Assembly (NCBI GenBank): GCA_035937715.1
Contig: DASZHQ010000023.1
Span: forward strand, 1 to 58,707
Reading direction: 5' to 3'
DNA: 58,707 bases
DNA from: Steroidobacteraceae bacterium
GTDB taxonomy: Bacteria > Pseudomonadota > Gammaproteobacteria > Steroidobacterales > Steroidobacteraceae
This document shows positions 17,790 through 27,759 of this stretch, piece after piece. The notes beneath the pieces were generated by a model that ran no database searches, had not been told where the DNA came from, and saw only the letters and a list, made by a program, of their open reading frames with translations. A program made the translations under genes and the position numbers. Every line of letters begins with the position of its first letter. Position 1 is the stretch's first letter.

Positions 17790-20700
17790 TCAGGCCCGCA
17801 ACCAGCGCGCAGCGAGCGGGGGCACGAGAACGAGACTCACGAACGTCGAGGAGACCAGCCCGCCGAGAATCACGATCGCCATCGGACCTTCGATCTCATG
17901 TCCCGGCTGGCGCGATTGCAGCGCCACCGGCAGCAGGGCCAATGCGGTGAGCAGCGCCGTCAGCAGCACGGGTGTGAGACGCTCTTCTGCGCCGCGCAGC
18001 GCGCACGACAATCCCCAGGGCTGGCCTTCGCTGGCAATCAGGTGCCCGTAGTGCGATATCAGCAAAATCGTGTTGCGCGCCGCCATGCCAAATAGCGCGA
18101 CGAAGCCGACCATCGCACCCAGTGACAGCGTCCCTCCGGTCAGCGCCACCGCGACGACACCGCCGATCAGGGTGCTTGGCAATGCGGCCAGCACCAGCAG
18201 CACCTGCCGGCTGTGACCAAAGGCCAGCGCGAGCAACAGCACGATCAGCACCAGGGCCGCGGCCGAATGCCACAGCAGCTCGTGTGCGGCTGCCGCCTGC
18301 GCCGGAGCGGTGCCGCCGTAGCGCAGATAGACATTCGGCGGCAGCCTGACGTGCGCTGCGATCGCCTGCTGCGCGGTGCGCGCGTAGCCGGCTTGATCGG
18401 AAGTGCGTGGATTGGCGACGACTACCTGGCGCCGCAGTCCGTCCTCATGCTCGATGAGACTGCGCGCCGACACCATGGTGAGCGTTGCCACGGCTGACAA
18501 CGGCACCAGTGCGCCATCGCGACCGCGCAATCGCAGCTCGCGCACGTCGTCGGGCGTCACGCCCGCCCCGGCGATGCGCGCGACCACCGGAATGGCGCGG
18601 TCGGACTGATTGAGCTGGGCTACGGCCGTTCCGTGATATGCGGCGTTCAGCACACCGAGCACGTCCGCAGCATGCAGTCCGAAGAGACTGAGGCGCTCCG
18701 GACGCATCCGCACCTGCAGTTCGGGCTGGCGCGGCGGCACCGCCAGCCGCACCGTCCCACTCTGCGGCCACTGGCGCAGCACCGCCGCGATTTCGCCGGC
18801 CACCTGATCGTCCAGGTCGAGATCAGGACCGAACACGCTGACGAAGAACGGCGCGACTTCACCGGACAACGTCTCACCGATTCGTTCTGCGAGCACCGAG
18901 TAGATCTCCACCAGCTGGTTGGGAAACTGGTCGAATACTGCGCGCACCCGGGCTTCCAGTTGCCCGGTGGTGATCGGTCGTGAAGGGTCGAGTTGAATCT
19001 CGAACTCGCTCTTGTTGGGGGCATCCGGATCCTGACCGTTTTCCGCCCGTCCGATCTGTTCGGCCACGCTCTTGACGCCGGGAATGGCCGCCAGACGCTG
19101 CGCGATGCGCTGCCCGATACGCGAGGTCTCCAGCAGAGAGATCCCGGGGCGCAGGGCGGCATGCGCAATCAGGTAGTTCTCGCGAAAGTCCGGCAGCAGG
19201 CGTGCGCCGAGCAGCGGCAGCAGCGCAAGCCCGGCGACACCGCTCAGCAGCACCGCGCCCAGCACCAGTTGCGCCTGAGGCTCGAGACGCGCAATTGCCG
19301 CCCGCTGCCAGCCCTTGCATCGGCGCAACCAGGCAGGCTCCGCGCGCGGGGCGTAGCCCTGCATCAGCAACGCGCACAGCGCCGGGGTCGCGCTCATGGC
19401 AACCAACAGCGACAGTCCGACCGCCAGCAGGAACGCCGCGGCCAGCGGCCGGAAGAAGGCTCCCTGCAGACCCGACAACATCAGGATCGGCAGGAAGGCC
19501 ACTGCCACCGCCGCGGTGGCATAGAACACCGGGCGCCTCACCTCGAGCGAGGCATTCAGCAACAGCGCGCCCCAGTTGGCGCCTGGGCCGGCACCTCGGC
19601 GGCGACGGGTGATGTTCTCCACATCGATGACCGCATCGTCGACCACCACGCCCAGGGCGACCACCAGCCCGCCCAGGCTCATCGTGTTGAGCGACAGGCC
19701 CCCGCTGCTGAGGATCCAGACGGTGGCGAGCAGCGACACCGGGATGGCACTGAAGGATATCAACGCCCCGCGCCAGTCGCGCAGCGTGACCAGCAGCAGC
19801 ACGATCACCAGCAGCGCGCCGATCAACAGCGAATTGCGCAGCTTGGCGATGGCGCTCTCGATGAAGCTGGCCGGCCGGAGTAACGCCGGGTGATATTGCA
19901 CGCCGCGCTGCGCGAGCTCCGGAACCAGAGTCTGCAGGCGGTGCTCGAGTTCGCGCGTGACGTCGAGCGTGTTGGCGCCGTATTGCGTCGATGTCTCCAC
20001 CAGAATGCCGGGCTGGCCCCCGATGATCGCATCGCCAAAGCGCGGCGCCGACCCGTCGCGCACCTGCGCAACGTCGCCAATGCGTAGCGGCACACCCGCA
20101 TGGTTCGCGATCACGGCCTGCTCGAGCGCGCCGAGTGAATCCCCGGGCGCCTGGGCCTGCAGCACGAGGCGCTGCGTCGCGGTCTCAAGATAGCCGCCGC
20201 CGGTCATCTGCGTACCCCGACGCGCAGCCTCGAAGACTTCCTCCAGGGTCACACCGGACGCGTTGAGCTTGAGCGGATCTATCCACAGCTGCCGCTCGCG
20301 CGAGTCACCGCCGAAGAGCTGCGCCTGGGCGACACCCGGCACGGCCAGGATCTGCGGCTTGATGTTCCAGCGAATCAGATCACGCAACTCGAGCGGCGAC
20401 AGCCGCTCGCTGGTGAAACCGAAGTGCAACAGGTATTCCATCGACGAGCTCAGCGGCGAAAGCAACGGAGGCCCGACGCCCGCCGGTAACAGCACGCCGG
20501 CATCGGCCAGCCGCTCGCTGATGACCTGCCGCTGCAGATAAGGATCGCTGCCGCGACCAAAGACCACTTGAATCGCCGCCAGACCCTGGCTCGAAGTGGA
20601 GCGCACCACCGCGACGTTCCCGGCGCCGGCAAGCAGATCCTCCAGCGGCCGGGTCACCATCGCTTCCACCTGGGTCGCATCCAGGCCGCGTGCCTCGGCC

Positions 20701-20849
20701 TGGACCAGCAGGTGCGGCGGCGCGAAGTCCGGAAACACGTCAAGCCGGGCGTTGAGCAGCGCGCCCACGCCCAGCAGGGCCACGAGCAAAGAAAGCGCCG
20801 TCACGATCCTTGGATTCGCCAGCGAAGCGCGAACGATGGTGGCCAGCAT
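17790..20849 (-). CDS. RND efflux transporter permease (CusA/CzcA-like N-terminal signature)
   Basis: MLATIVRASLANPRIVT...LDVFPDFAPPHLLVQAEARGLDATQVEAMVTRPLE, a TM4-like segment GVVVDDAVIDVEN, and 12-TM architecture over about 1020 aa. Its ATG lies 5 nt after the adaptor stop. Confidence 0.92.
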   Translation of the reverse strand: MLATIVRASLANPRIVTALSLLVALLGVGALLNARLDVFPDFAPPHLLVQAEARGLDATQVEAMVTRPLEDLLAGAGNVAVVRSTSSQGLAAIQVVFGRGSDPYLQRQVISERLADAGVLLPAGVGPPLLSPLSSSMEYLLHFGFTSERLSPLELRDLIRWNIKPQILAVPGVAQAQLFGGDSRERQLWIDPLKLNASGVTLEEVFEAARRGTQMTGGGYLETATQRLVLQAQAPGDSLGALEQAVIANHAGVPLRIGDVAQVRDGSAPRFGDAIIGGQPGILVETSTQYGANTLDVTRELEHRLQTLVPELAQRGVQYHPALLRPASFIESAIAKLRNSLLIGALLVIVLLLVTLRDWRGALISFSAIPVSLLATVWILSSGGLSLNTMSLGGLVVALGVVVDDAVIDVENITRRRRGAGPGANWGALLLNASLEVRRPVFYATAAVAVAFLPILMLSGLQGAFFRPLAAAFLLAVGLSLLVAMSATPALCALLMQGYAPRAEPAWLRRCKGWQRAAIARLEPQAQLVLGAVLLSGVAGLALLPLLGARLLPDFRENYLIAHAALRPGISLLETSRIGQRIAQRLAAIPGVKSVAEQIGRAENGQDPDAPNKSEFEIQLDPSRPITTGQLEARVRAVFDQFPNQLVEIYSVLAERIGETLSGEVAPFFVSVFGPDLDLDDQVAGEIAAVLRQWPQSGTVRLAVPPRQPELQVRMRPERLSLFGLHAADVLGVLNAAYHGTAVAQLNQSDRAIPVVARIAGAGVTPDDVRELRLRGRDGALVPLSAVATLTMVSARSLIEHEDGLRRQVVVANPRTSDQAGYARTAQQAIAAHVRLPPNVYLRYGGTAPAQAAAAHELLWHSAAALVLIVLLLALAFGHSRQVLLVLAALPSTLIGGVVAVALTGGTLSLGAMVGFVALFGMAARNTILLISHYGHLIASEGQPWGLSCALRGAEERLTPVLLTALLTALALLPVALQSRQPGHEIEGPMAIVILGGLVSSTFVSLVLVPPLAARWLRA

Positions 20850-20854
20850 GGACG

Positions 20855-21802
20855 CTAGTCGTGTTCCTGTTCCGCGGCGGAGAAGGTGCTGATGCCTTGC
20901 AGCGACCACAGCACGCCGGCGCCCTCCACGACGACCTGATCGGTGCGCGTGAGCCCTTCGATCATCCAGCCGCTCCCGATGCGTGCCAGTGGCTTGACCG
21001 GCACCGCCGCGTAATGAAAGGTATCGCCGCCGCTTCCATCCGCCAGTCGATAGACATAAGCGCCCTGTTCCGCATACACCAGTGCCGTCGCCGGCACCAG
21101 CAGGCCCGCCACCGCTGCGGTTTGCAAACGCACCGCGGTACGGGCCCCAGGTCCCAGGCCCTCGGGACGGCGCTCCAGTTCCAGCAGCCAGCCGGCGGTT
21201 TGCGATTGCGCATCGGTCCGCGGCAGCGGACCCAGGACGCGCGCGCTGATGTTCAGGCCGTCAACTTCCACCAGGGCGCGCTCATCAATGGTGCTGCCGG
21301 CGTGGCGCCCGGGCACATCCGCGCGCAGCAGCATTCGTTGTCCCGTGCTGAGTGCCTCGAGCAGCGCGCGTTGCTGGGCCGCGCTCCAGCTCGCCAGCGG
21401 CCCCCACTGCAGGCTGAAGCTCATCGCCGCCGCGCGCGCCTGCGCGGCCGCCTCGACCGACTGCGCTTGCGCTGCCTGCCAGGACTTGAGTGAGGCGCGC
21501 GCATCGTCGCGGTAGAGACGCTCCAGGCGCGCGGCATCGGCCAGCAGCGCCGCTGCCGTGGCCTGAGTGCTCTGCACCCGGCCCAGATCGGACACCAGCG
21601 CCACGGGATCGAGCACCGTCCCGTAGGCCTCGATCTGCGGCGCACTATGCAGCGGCAGTGGATGTTCGATCCGGATCCCCACTGCCTGCTGCTGCGACAG
21701 TGTCAGGGTAAGCGGCGTGCCCTGCCCGGCCTGCGGCGCCTCGGCGGCGCTGGCAGCCGCGCTCAGCAGCATCCACGGCAATGCCCGCATGACCGGCATC
21801 AA
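20855..21802 (-). CDS. RND efflux periplasmic adaptor (membrane fusion protein)
   Basis: Signal peptide, an Ala-rich coiled-coil hairpin segment and a beta-barrel C-terminus. It lies immediately upstream of the RND pump. Confidence 0.8.
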   Translation of the reverse strand: MMPVMRALPWMLLSAAASAAEAPQAGQGTPLTLTLSQQQAVGIRIEHPLPLHSAPQIEAYGTVLDPVALVSDLGRVQSTQATAAALLADAARLERLYRDDARASLKSWQAAQAQSVEAAAQARAAAMSFSLQWGPLASWSAAQQRALLEALSTGQRMLLRADVPGRHAGSTIDERALVEVDGLNISARVLGPLPRTDAQSQTAGWLLELERRPEGLGPGARTAVRLQTAAVAGLLVPATALVYAEQGAYVYRLADGSGGDTFHYAAVPVKPLARIGSGWMIEGLTRTDQVVVEGAGVLWSLQGISTFSAAEQEHD

Positions 21803-21844
21803 CGCAGTATAGGGCCGCGCCGCGGTGCTCGCGGAATCTCCGGG

Positions 21845-22702
21845 CTAGCGAGCGAGCGCAGCCAGCGCATCCGCATGAAAGCGAAGGTGATCCGCAACGA
21901 ACGTGGCAATGAAATAGTAATCGTGTCCGTAGCCGTCGTGACGGCGCAGCTGCAGCGGTTGACCGGCCGCCGTGCAGCCCTGTTCGAGCAGCTCCGGCAA
22001 CAGTTGCCCCTGCGGCAGAAACTTGTCCGCCAGCCCCTGGTCCACCAGAATTTCAGGGAATATTCGCGTCGCGCGCGCTGCGAGCAGTTCCACGGCGTCA
22101 TAGCTCGCCCAAGTGGAGCGCTCCTCCCCCAGATAGCGCGCGAACGCCTTCTGTCCCCAGGGGGCGCGCGTCGGCGAACAGATGGGGGCAAATGCCGATA
22201 CCGATCTATAGAGATGCGGATTTCTCAGCGCCAGTACCAGTGCCCCATGGCCTCCCATGGAGTGTCCGAAAATCCCCAGCTGCCGTTCAAGGCCCGGGAA
22301 ACGCCCCAGCACCGTCTCACGCAATTCATGGAGCACGTAGTCGTACATCCGAAAGTGCCGCGACCACGGCGGCTGCGTCGCATTGAGATAGAACCCCGCG
22401 CCGCTGCCGAATTCCCAGTCGTCCGCTTCTCCGGCAATACCGGTCTGTCGCGGGCTCGTATCGCAGCTCACCAGCATCAGGCCGTGTTGCGCAGCGACGC
22501 GTTGTGCACCGGCCTTGATTGCGAACGTCTCTTCCGTGCACGTCAGGCCGGCGAGATAAAACAGCACCGGCACCTGGCGCTGCTGGGCCTGCGGCGGTTG
22601 ATACACCGCAAAGCGCATCGGCAAACCGATAACAGCCGAGGCATGGCGGTAAAAGCCTTGCAAGCCACCAAAGCATCCATGCTCGCTGATCGTTTCGAGC
22701 AT
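21845..22702 (-). CDS. fghA: S-formylglutathione hydrolase (esterase D family)
   Basis: MLETISEHGCFGG.QGFYRH......MRFAVYQPP...PVLFYLAGLTCTEE...GHSMGGHGAL. Start taken at MLETIS. Confidence 0.92.
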   Translation of the reverse strand: MLETISEHGCFGGLQGFYRHASAVIGLPMRFAVYQPPQAQQRQVPVLFYLAGLTCTEETFAIKAGAQRVAAQHGLMLVSCDTSPRQTGIAGEADDWEFGSGAGFYLNATQPPWSRHFRMYDYVLHELRETVLGRFPGLERQLGIFGHSMGGHGALVLALRNPHLYRSVSAFAPICSPTRAPWGQKAFARYLGEERSTWASYDAVELLAARATRIFPEILVDQGLADKFLPQGQLLPELLEQGCTAAGQPLQLRRHDGYGHDYYFIATFVADHLRFHADALAALAR

Positions 22703-23176
22703 CACCCGCAGGCCCCGATCGCGGGGATCTTCCACCGGCAGCCGCTAATAACGTTCATGACACATTATGAATGCGATCGGCCGCTGTGGTCAGCGCAATG
22801 CCACGAGTGGCTCAGTCGTGCCAGATTGGACACGCAGCTCTGCGGCTGTGACAGCAGTCAGGGGGAGGTCTATATTTGTGGTACCGCCTGCGCGGCCCGA
22901 TTTATCGCGCACTTCGGCCCGCGGGCGGGAATCACATCGCCAATCGATGATTGTCGATCGCAGACCGCCCCCTTGATCTGCGGGGCGGTCTCTCTTCGCC
23001 GCGCGCGCGCTCGACCTGGCGGCGCGACAGCCCCGTGCCAGCTAGCAGCGTCTCCTGGGCCCGCACGCCGGCAAGCGCCAGTTTCTTAACACCGCTTGGT
23101 CTATCCACGCCTGCACGGCCCCGTACGATGGGCGATCCCGCCAATGGCGTTCGCGCCTGGGAAGAGGATCAAATTG

Positions 23177-25054
23177 ATGCGCACACCGAAATTCCTGCCA
23201 GGAATACTGCTGTCCGTGCTCGGCGCCGGACTGATGCTGCCCGTGGCCGATGCCACCGACCTCGGCGCGATCGTGGGTGTGGTCAGGGACCGCGCCGGAG
23301 TGCCGGTGGCGCAGGCGACCGTGACGGCCGTGAGAGTTGATGGCAGCGGCATCCGCGCCACGGTTTCGGGGAGCGACGGCGTGTATTCGTTTGCGGACGT
23401 GCCAGCCGGCACCTGGTCGGTAACTTCGGAGTTCGCGGGCTACCCGACCACGACGGTGCCTTCACTCGCGGTCATCGCGCGGAAAGCCACACGTTACGAC
23501 CTGGTAATGAACGCTGTGGGGGCGGCAACTGCGCCCGTGGCCGCCGCTGCGGCTCCCGCAGCGCCTCCTGCCGCCGCGAGCCTCGCGCAGGCCATCGCCC
23601 AGGTGCTGCCCGAGGCGCTGCAGGCGCCCGAACCCGCTGCGGCGGTCGATACCCAGACGCCGTTCGCCGTCGGCGATATCGGCTGGATGAACGGCACCAG
23701 CCGCGAGACGACGCCCGTATTCGACACCAAGTTCTTCACTCCTGAAGTGCGCTTCGACGTGAACTACCTGCAGGACTTCAACCACCCGGTGGATCACACG
23801 ATCGTCGGCTCGACGGAAGAGTTCCGCTCGGGCGAGTTTCAGATCGAGCAGGTCAGTTTCGGCGGTGACTTCCACTGGCACAATGTCAGGGCGCGTTTCC
23901 TGTCGATGTTCGGGCTGTTTGCCGTGACCACGCCGCGCAATGACGCCAGTGCCGGCGTCGGCCAGTGGGACCTGCAGGGGGCCTACAAATATTTTTCGGA
24001 GGCCAATGCCGGCTATCACTGGGACGTAAACCACGGCCTGAACGTCGATGCCGGCGTGTTCGTCTCCTACATCGGTCTGTTCAGCTATTACAACTTCGAC
24101 AACTGGACGTACCAGCCCTCGTTCGTGTCATCCAACACGCCGTGGTTCTTCAACGGACTGCGCGTGCAGTGGTTCCCGACGCAGACCCTGAAGATCGAGC
24201 CCTGGCTGATCAACGGCTGGCAGTCCTACGCCAAATACAACAGCCATCCCGGTTTCGGCGGGCAGATACTCTGGATCCCGAATGACTCCTTCAAACTGGT
24301 GCTCAACAGCTACAGCATCGGGCAGGACAACCTCGCCAGCGGGAGCGGCGTTCCCAACAATGGCGGCAACCCGAACGCCGCGATCGGCTTGCCCAAACCG
24401 AATGGGCGCTACATCAACTACGCGAACGTCACCCGCGTTCACGAGGACGACAGCATCCTGTGGAAGTACTACGACGCCAGGCAGAGCCCGGGCCAGAGCA
24501 CGGGCAAGGGCGTGTCAAAGATGGCGCTGTCACTGACCTGGGATATCGGCTGCGAATACGGTGGCGGCGTTAGCTGCTCGCACGGGCCGAACAAGGCCAA
24601 CTTCTTCGGCGTGATGCTCTATGACCGCACCTGGTTCGACCACAACCTCTACGCGGTCACCATCGGCGGCGGCTTCATGAACAACCCCGGCCGCTACCTG
24701 GCGCTGCTGCCCCCCATCAACGGCGCGACCGCCTCGAGCGGGACGCCGTACTTCAGCGAGAACCCGGGACAGAAGCTCTACCAGTGGGACCTCCAGCTCA
24801 ACTTCCAGTACATGCCGAGGGACTGGATCACGTGGTGGACGGAAGCCACGTTCCGCCACTCCGACGTTCCTTACTGGACCGGCGCGGGTGGGGTGACACC
24901 GCCCTTCGGCAATACCGGATCTCCCGCGAGCCTCGTCTGCAATAACGGCAGCGCCATCGGCGCCGACGCCTGCTCCGCCGAAGGTGGCGTCTGGTTCCCG
25001 GATCTTCGCAGCCGCGAAGTCATCTGGGGAGCGGGTCTCATGGTGAAGTTCTGA
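23177..25054 (+). CDS. Outer membrane beta-barrel protein with an N-terminal carboxypeptidase-regulatory-like domain
   Basis: Start MRTPKFLPGILLSVLGAGLMLPVADA (signal peptide). IVGVVRDRAGVPVAQATVTAV...SDGVYSFADVPAGTWSV is CarboxypepD_reg-like. Then an Ala/Pro linker and an aromatic-rich barrel ending ...GLMVKF. Confidence 0.75.
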   Translation: MRTPKFLPGILLSVLGAGLMLPVADATDLGAIVGVVRDRAGVPVAQATVTAVRVDGSGIRATVSGSDGVYSFADVPAGTWSVTSEFAGYPTTTVPSLAVIARKATRYDLVMNAVGAATAPVAAAAAPAAPPAAASLAQAIAQVLPEALQAPEPAAAVDTQTPFAVGDIGWMNGTSRETTPVFDTKFFTPEVRFDVNYLQDFNHPVDHTIVGSTEEFRSGEFQIEQVSFGGDFHWHNVRARFLSMFGLFAVTTPRNDASAGVGQWDLQGAYKYFSEANAGYHWDVNHGLNVDAGVFVSYIGLFSYYNFDNWTYQPSFVSSNTPWFFNGLRVQWFPTQTLKIEPWLINGWQSYAKYNSHPGFGGQILWIPNDSFKLVLNSYSIGQDNLASGSGVPNNGGNPNAAIGLPKPNGRYINYANVTRVHEDDSILWKYYDARQSPGQSTGKGVSKMALSLTWDIGCEYGGGVSCSHGPNKANFFGVMLYDRTWFDHNLYAVTIGGGFMNNPGRYLALLPPINGATASSGTPYFSENPGQKLYQWDLQLNFQYMPRDWITWWTEATFRHSDVPYWTGAGGVTPPFGNTGSPASLVCNNGSAIGADACSAEGGVWFPDLRSREVIWGAGLMVKF

Positions 25055-25199
25055 CAGGCTCATGCCTTGCACCCCGCGTAAGACGCCCTGAAGCCACGCA
25101 GCATGCTCAACAACGACGCAAGTCCCACTTCGCAGGGCCGGCCGTGATAAGTTAGCACGCCTCCCAGCAAGACCCTTAAGGTCAAGGACCTTTCCACGC

Positions 25200-26351
25200 A
25201 TGTCCCCCACCGCCGGCAACCAGCCCAAGCCTCCCGTGATCTGGGCCAATGCGCTGATGTTCGCGCTCACCTTCGCCGCGGCCGCGATTCTCGTGCCGTG
25301 GTATGGGCTGACGCGCGGCTTCTCGGCCGCCGCCTGGGGCTGCTTCGCGTTCTTCCTCATCGCCAACGGCATGGCGGTCACGGCCGGCTATCACCGCCTG
25401 TGGGCGCATCGCACCTACGAGGCGCACTGGACGCTGCGGCTGTTCTACCTGGTGTTCGGCACCATGGCGCTGCAGAACAGCGCCTTCGCCTGGTGCAGCG
25501 GGCACCGCCGGCATCACCTGTACGTCGATGACGAGGAGCGCGATCCGTACTCCGCGCGGCGCGGCTTCTGGTTCTCGCACATCGGCTGGATGCTGCGCCA
25601 GTACCCGAGCGGCAGGGAGGACTTCAGCAACATCCCGGACCTGAAGAAGGACCCGATGCTGGCATTCCAGCATCGCTACTACGTGCCGCTGGCACTCGCC
25701 GCCAACCTCGGGCTGCCGCTCGCAGCCGGGCTCGTGTTCCATGATCTGTGGGGCATGCTGATTCTCGCCGGCGTGCTGCGCCTGGTGTGGAGTCATCACA
25801 TCACCTTCTTCATCAATTCCTTCGCCCACATGTGGGGCAGCCGGCCCTACACCGAGGAGAACAGCGCGCGCGACAATCCGGTGCTCGCGGTGATCACCTA
25901 CGGCGAGGGCTATCACAACTTCCACCACAATTTCGCCCACGACTATCGCAACGGCGTGCGCTGGTGGCAGTGGGATCCGACCAAGTGGATGATCGCGGCG
26001 CTGCAGCTGCTCGGCCTGACGCGCCGCCTGAAGCGCACCCCGATGTTCCAGATCCAGCGCGCGCTGCTCGCCATGCAGTTCCAGCGCGCACAGGCGCGGC
26101 TGGCGAAGCACCCGACCACGGGCGCCTCGCACATCGAGCAGCTGCGTACACGACTCGCGCACGAGTACGAGAGCTTTCTTGCCGCCGTTGCTGACTGGGC
26201 GCGCGTCAAGGAGCAGTGGCTCGGCGAGAAGAAACGTGCGGTGCTCGAGCAGTGGGAGCAAGTAGACCTGCAGAGAAGCCTGCGCGAGATCGAGCGCCGC
26301 CTGAGCCTGCAGCTGCGGCGCATGCGGCTGCTGCAGGCGCAGCTCGTCTAG
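25200..26351 (+). CDS. Acyl-CoA/acyl-lipid delta-9 fatty acid desaturase
   Basis: Three His boxes (HRLWAH, HRRHH, HNFHH) and N-terminal TM pairs. Confidence 0.92.
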   Translation: MSPTAGNQPKPPVIWANALMFALTFAAAAILVPWYGLTRGFSAAAWGCFAFFLIANGMAVTAGYHRLWAHRTYEAHWTLRLFYLVFGTMALQNSAFAWCSGHRRHHLYVDDEERDPYSARRGFWFSHIGWMLRQYPSGREDFSNIPDLKKDPMLAFQHRYYVPLALAANLGLPLAAGLVFHDLWGMLILAGVLRLVWSHHITFFINSFAHMWGSRPYTEENSARDNPVLAVITYGEGYHNFHHNFAHDYRNGVRWWQWDPTKWMIAALQLLGLTRRLKRTPMFQIQRALLAMQFQRAQARLAKHPTTGASHIEQLRTRLAHEYESFLAAVADWARVKEQWLGEKKRAVLEQWEQVDLQRSLREIERRLSLQLRRMRLLQAQLV

Positions 26352-26423
26352 TCAGACTGACCGAAAGGGCGTGCCGCCCTTTCGGCTGGCAGCCCCAGTG
26401 TCGTTCGTGCACCATGCCGGCTC

Positions 26424-27146
26424 ATGGGGCGCATCTTCGAAGTCAGAAAACACACGATGTTCGCGCGGTGGAACCGCATGGCGAAGCAGTTCGCCCGCAC
26501 CGCGAAAGACATCACCATGGCAGTGAAGGGCGCAGGCGCTGACCCTTCCACCAACCCGACCCTGCGGCGGCTCATTCAGAACGCGCGCGCCCTCAACATG
26601 CCCAAGGACAAGATCGAGGCGGCCATAAAGCGCGCCGCCGGGCGCGACGCCGCCAATTACCAGCAGGTGCTTTACGAAGGTTATGCCCCGCACGGCGTGG
26701 CGCTGCTGGTGGAAACGGCGACCGACAACCCGACGCGCACCGTCGCGGCGGTGCGCAACATCATCACCAAAGGCGGCGGCAATCTCGCCACCAACGGATC
26801 CGTCAGCTTCCTGTTCCGCAAGATGGGGGTGTTCCGTCTGAACCCCGCAGGGCTGGACCAGGACGATCTCGAGCTGTACCTGATCGATCACGGACTCGAG
26901 GAGATGGGCGAGAGCAGCGGCGAGAAGGGCGAGCCGCAGCTGGTGATCCGCTGCGCCTTCGCCGACTTCGGCCGGCTGCAGGAGGCGTTGGAGGCGCGCG
27001 GGCTCACGCCGCTCTCGGCCGAGCACGAATACATCTGCAGCGTGCCGACGGAGCTGCCTGAGGAACAGGCGACCGAGGTGCTCACGCTGATCGACCGGCT
27101 CGAGCAGGACGAGGACGTGCAGAAGGTGTTCCACACGCTCGCCTGA
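26424..27146 (+). CDS. YebC/PmpR family DNA-binding regulatory protein
   Basis: [38 protein letters not shown], typical of the YebC family; 240 aa. Confidence 0.93.
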   Translation: MGRIFEVRKHTMFARWNRMAKQFARTAKDITMAVKGAGADPSTNPTLRRLIQNARALNMPKDKIEAAIKRAAGRDAANYQQVLYEGYAPHGVALLVETATDNPTRTVAAVRNIITKGGGNLATNGSVSFLFRKMGVFRLNPAGLDQDDLELYLIDHGLEEMGESSGEKGEPQLVIRCAFADFGRLQEALEARGLTPLSAEHEYICSVPTELPEEQATEVLTLIDRLEQDEDVQKVFHTLA

Positions 27147-27203
27147 ACAGCGATTGCAAGCTGTCTTGGCCGCGCGACCTGCGGATGCGCGTCCGCGCCG
27201 CGG

Positions 27204-27737
27204 ATGGGCGCGACCGTCGGGACGGGTTATGCTCGTTGCGTGTACCAGTACCGCCTGGAACCAGCCCGCGTCGGGGATGCCGTGCTGCTGGCGGCGATGT
27301 CACGCCAGTTCGTGGAGGGCGGCCTCACGCCGGCGTGGGGCGCGGCGCGCATCAGCCGGCACGTACGTCATCCGGACAGCGTCGTGCTTACCGCGCGCAC
27401 CGGGCTCGCACTCGCCGGCTTCGCCATCATGCGCTACGCCGACGAGGTGGCGCACCTGAATCTCCTCGCCGTCGCTCCCGCACACCGCCGTCGCGGCATT
27501 GCCACTCTCCTGCTGCAATGGCTCGAGGAGACCGCCCTCACCGCCGGCACCTTCATCATCGGGCTGGAGCTGCGCGCCGGGAACGAGGCGGCGCGCGCCT
27601 TCTACCGCGCGCGCGGTTACCGCGAGCTCGGACAGATTCCCGGCTACTACCAGGGCGTCGAGTCCGCCCTTCGCATGGTGCGCGACGTGCGCGCCAGCCG
27701 CGAGCCGGCGCCGGGAGCGCATCAGCAGACGCCCTGA
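27204..27737 (+). CDS. GNAT family N-acetyltransferase (RimI-like)
   Basis: HLNLLAVAPAHRRRGIATLLLQWLEE...NEAARAFYRARGY acetyl-CoA binding motif. Start uncertain. Confidence 0.8.
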   Translation: MGATVGTGYARCVYQYRLEPARVGDAVLLAAMSRQFVEGGLTPAWGAARISRHVRHPDSVVLTARTGLALAGFAIMRYADEVAHLNLLAVAPAHRRRGIATLLLQWLEETALTAGTFIIGLELRAGNEAARAFYRARGYRELGQIPGYYQGVESALRMVRDVRASREPAPGAHQQTP

Positions 27738-27759
27738 GGGCGGCCGCGGTTACCTGCCG

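Noticed and set aside
21647-23089. A 480-aa ORF on the plus strand spanning the adaptor/fghA region and the fghA-OMP intergenic region
   Set aside because: Most of it is antisense to fghA and the RND adaptor. Only its last 110 codons or so, which lie in intergenic DNA, were kept, as a low-confidence candidate (see finding at 22757..23089).
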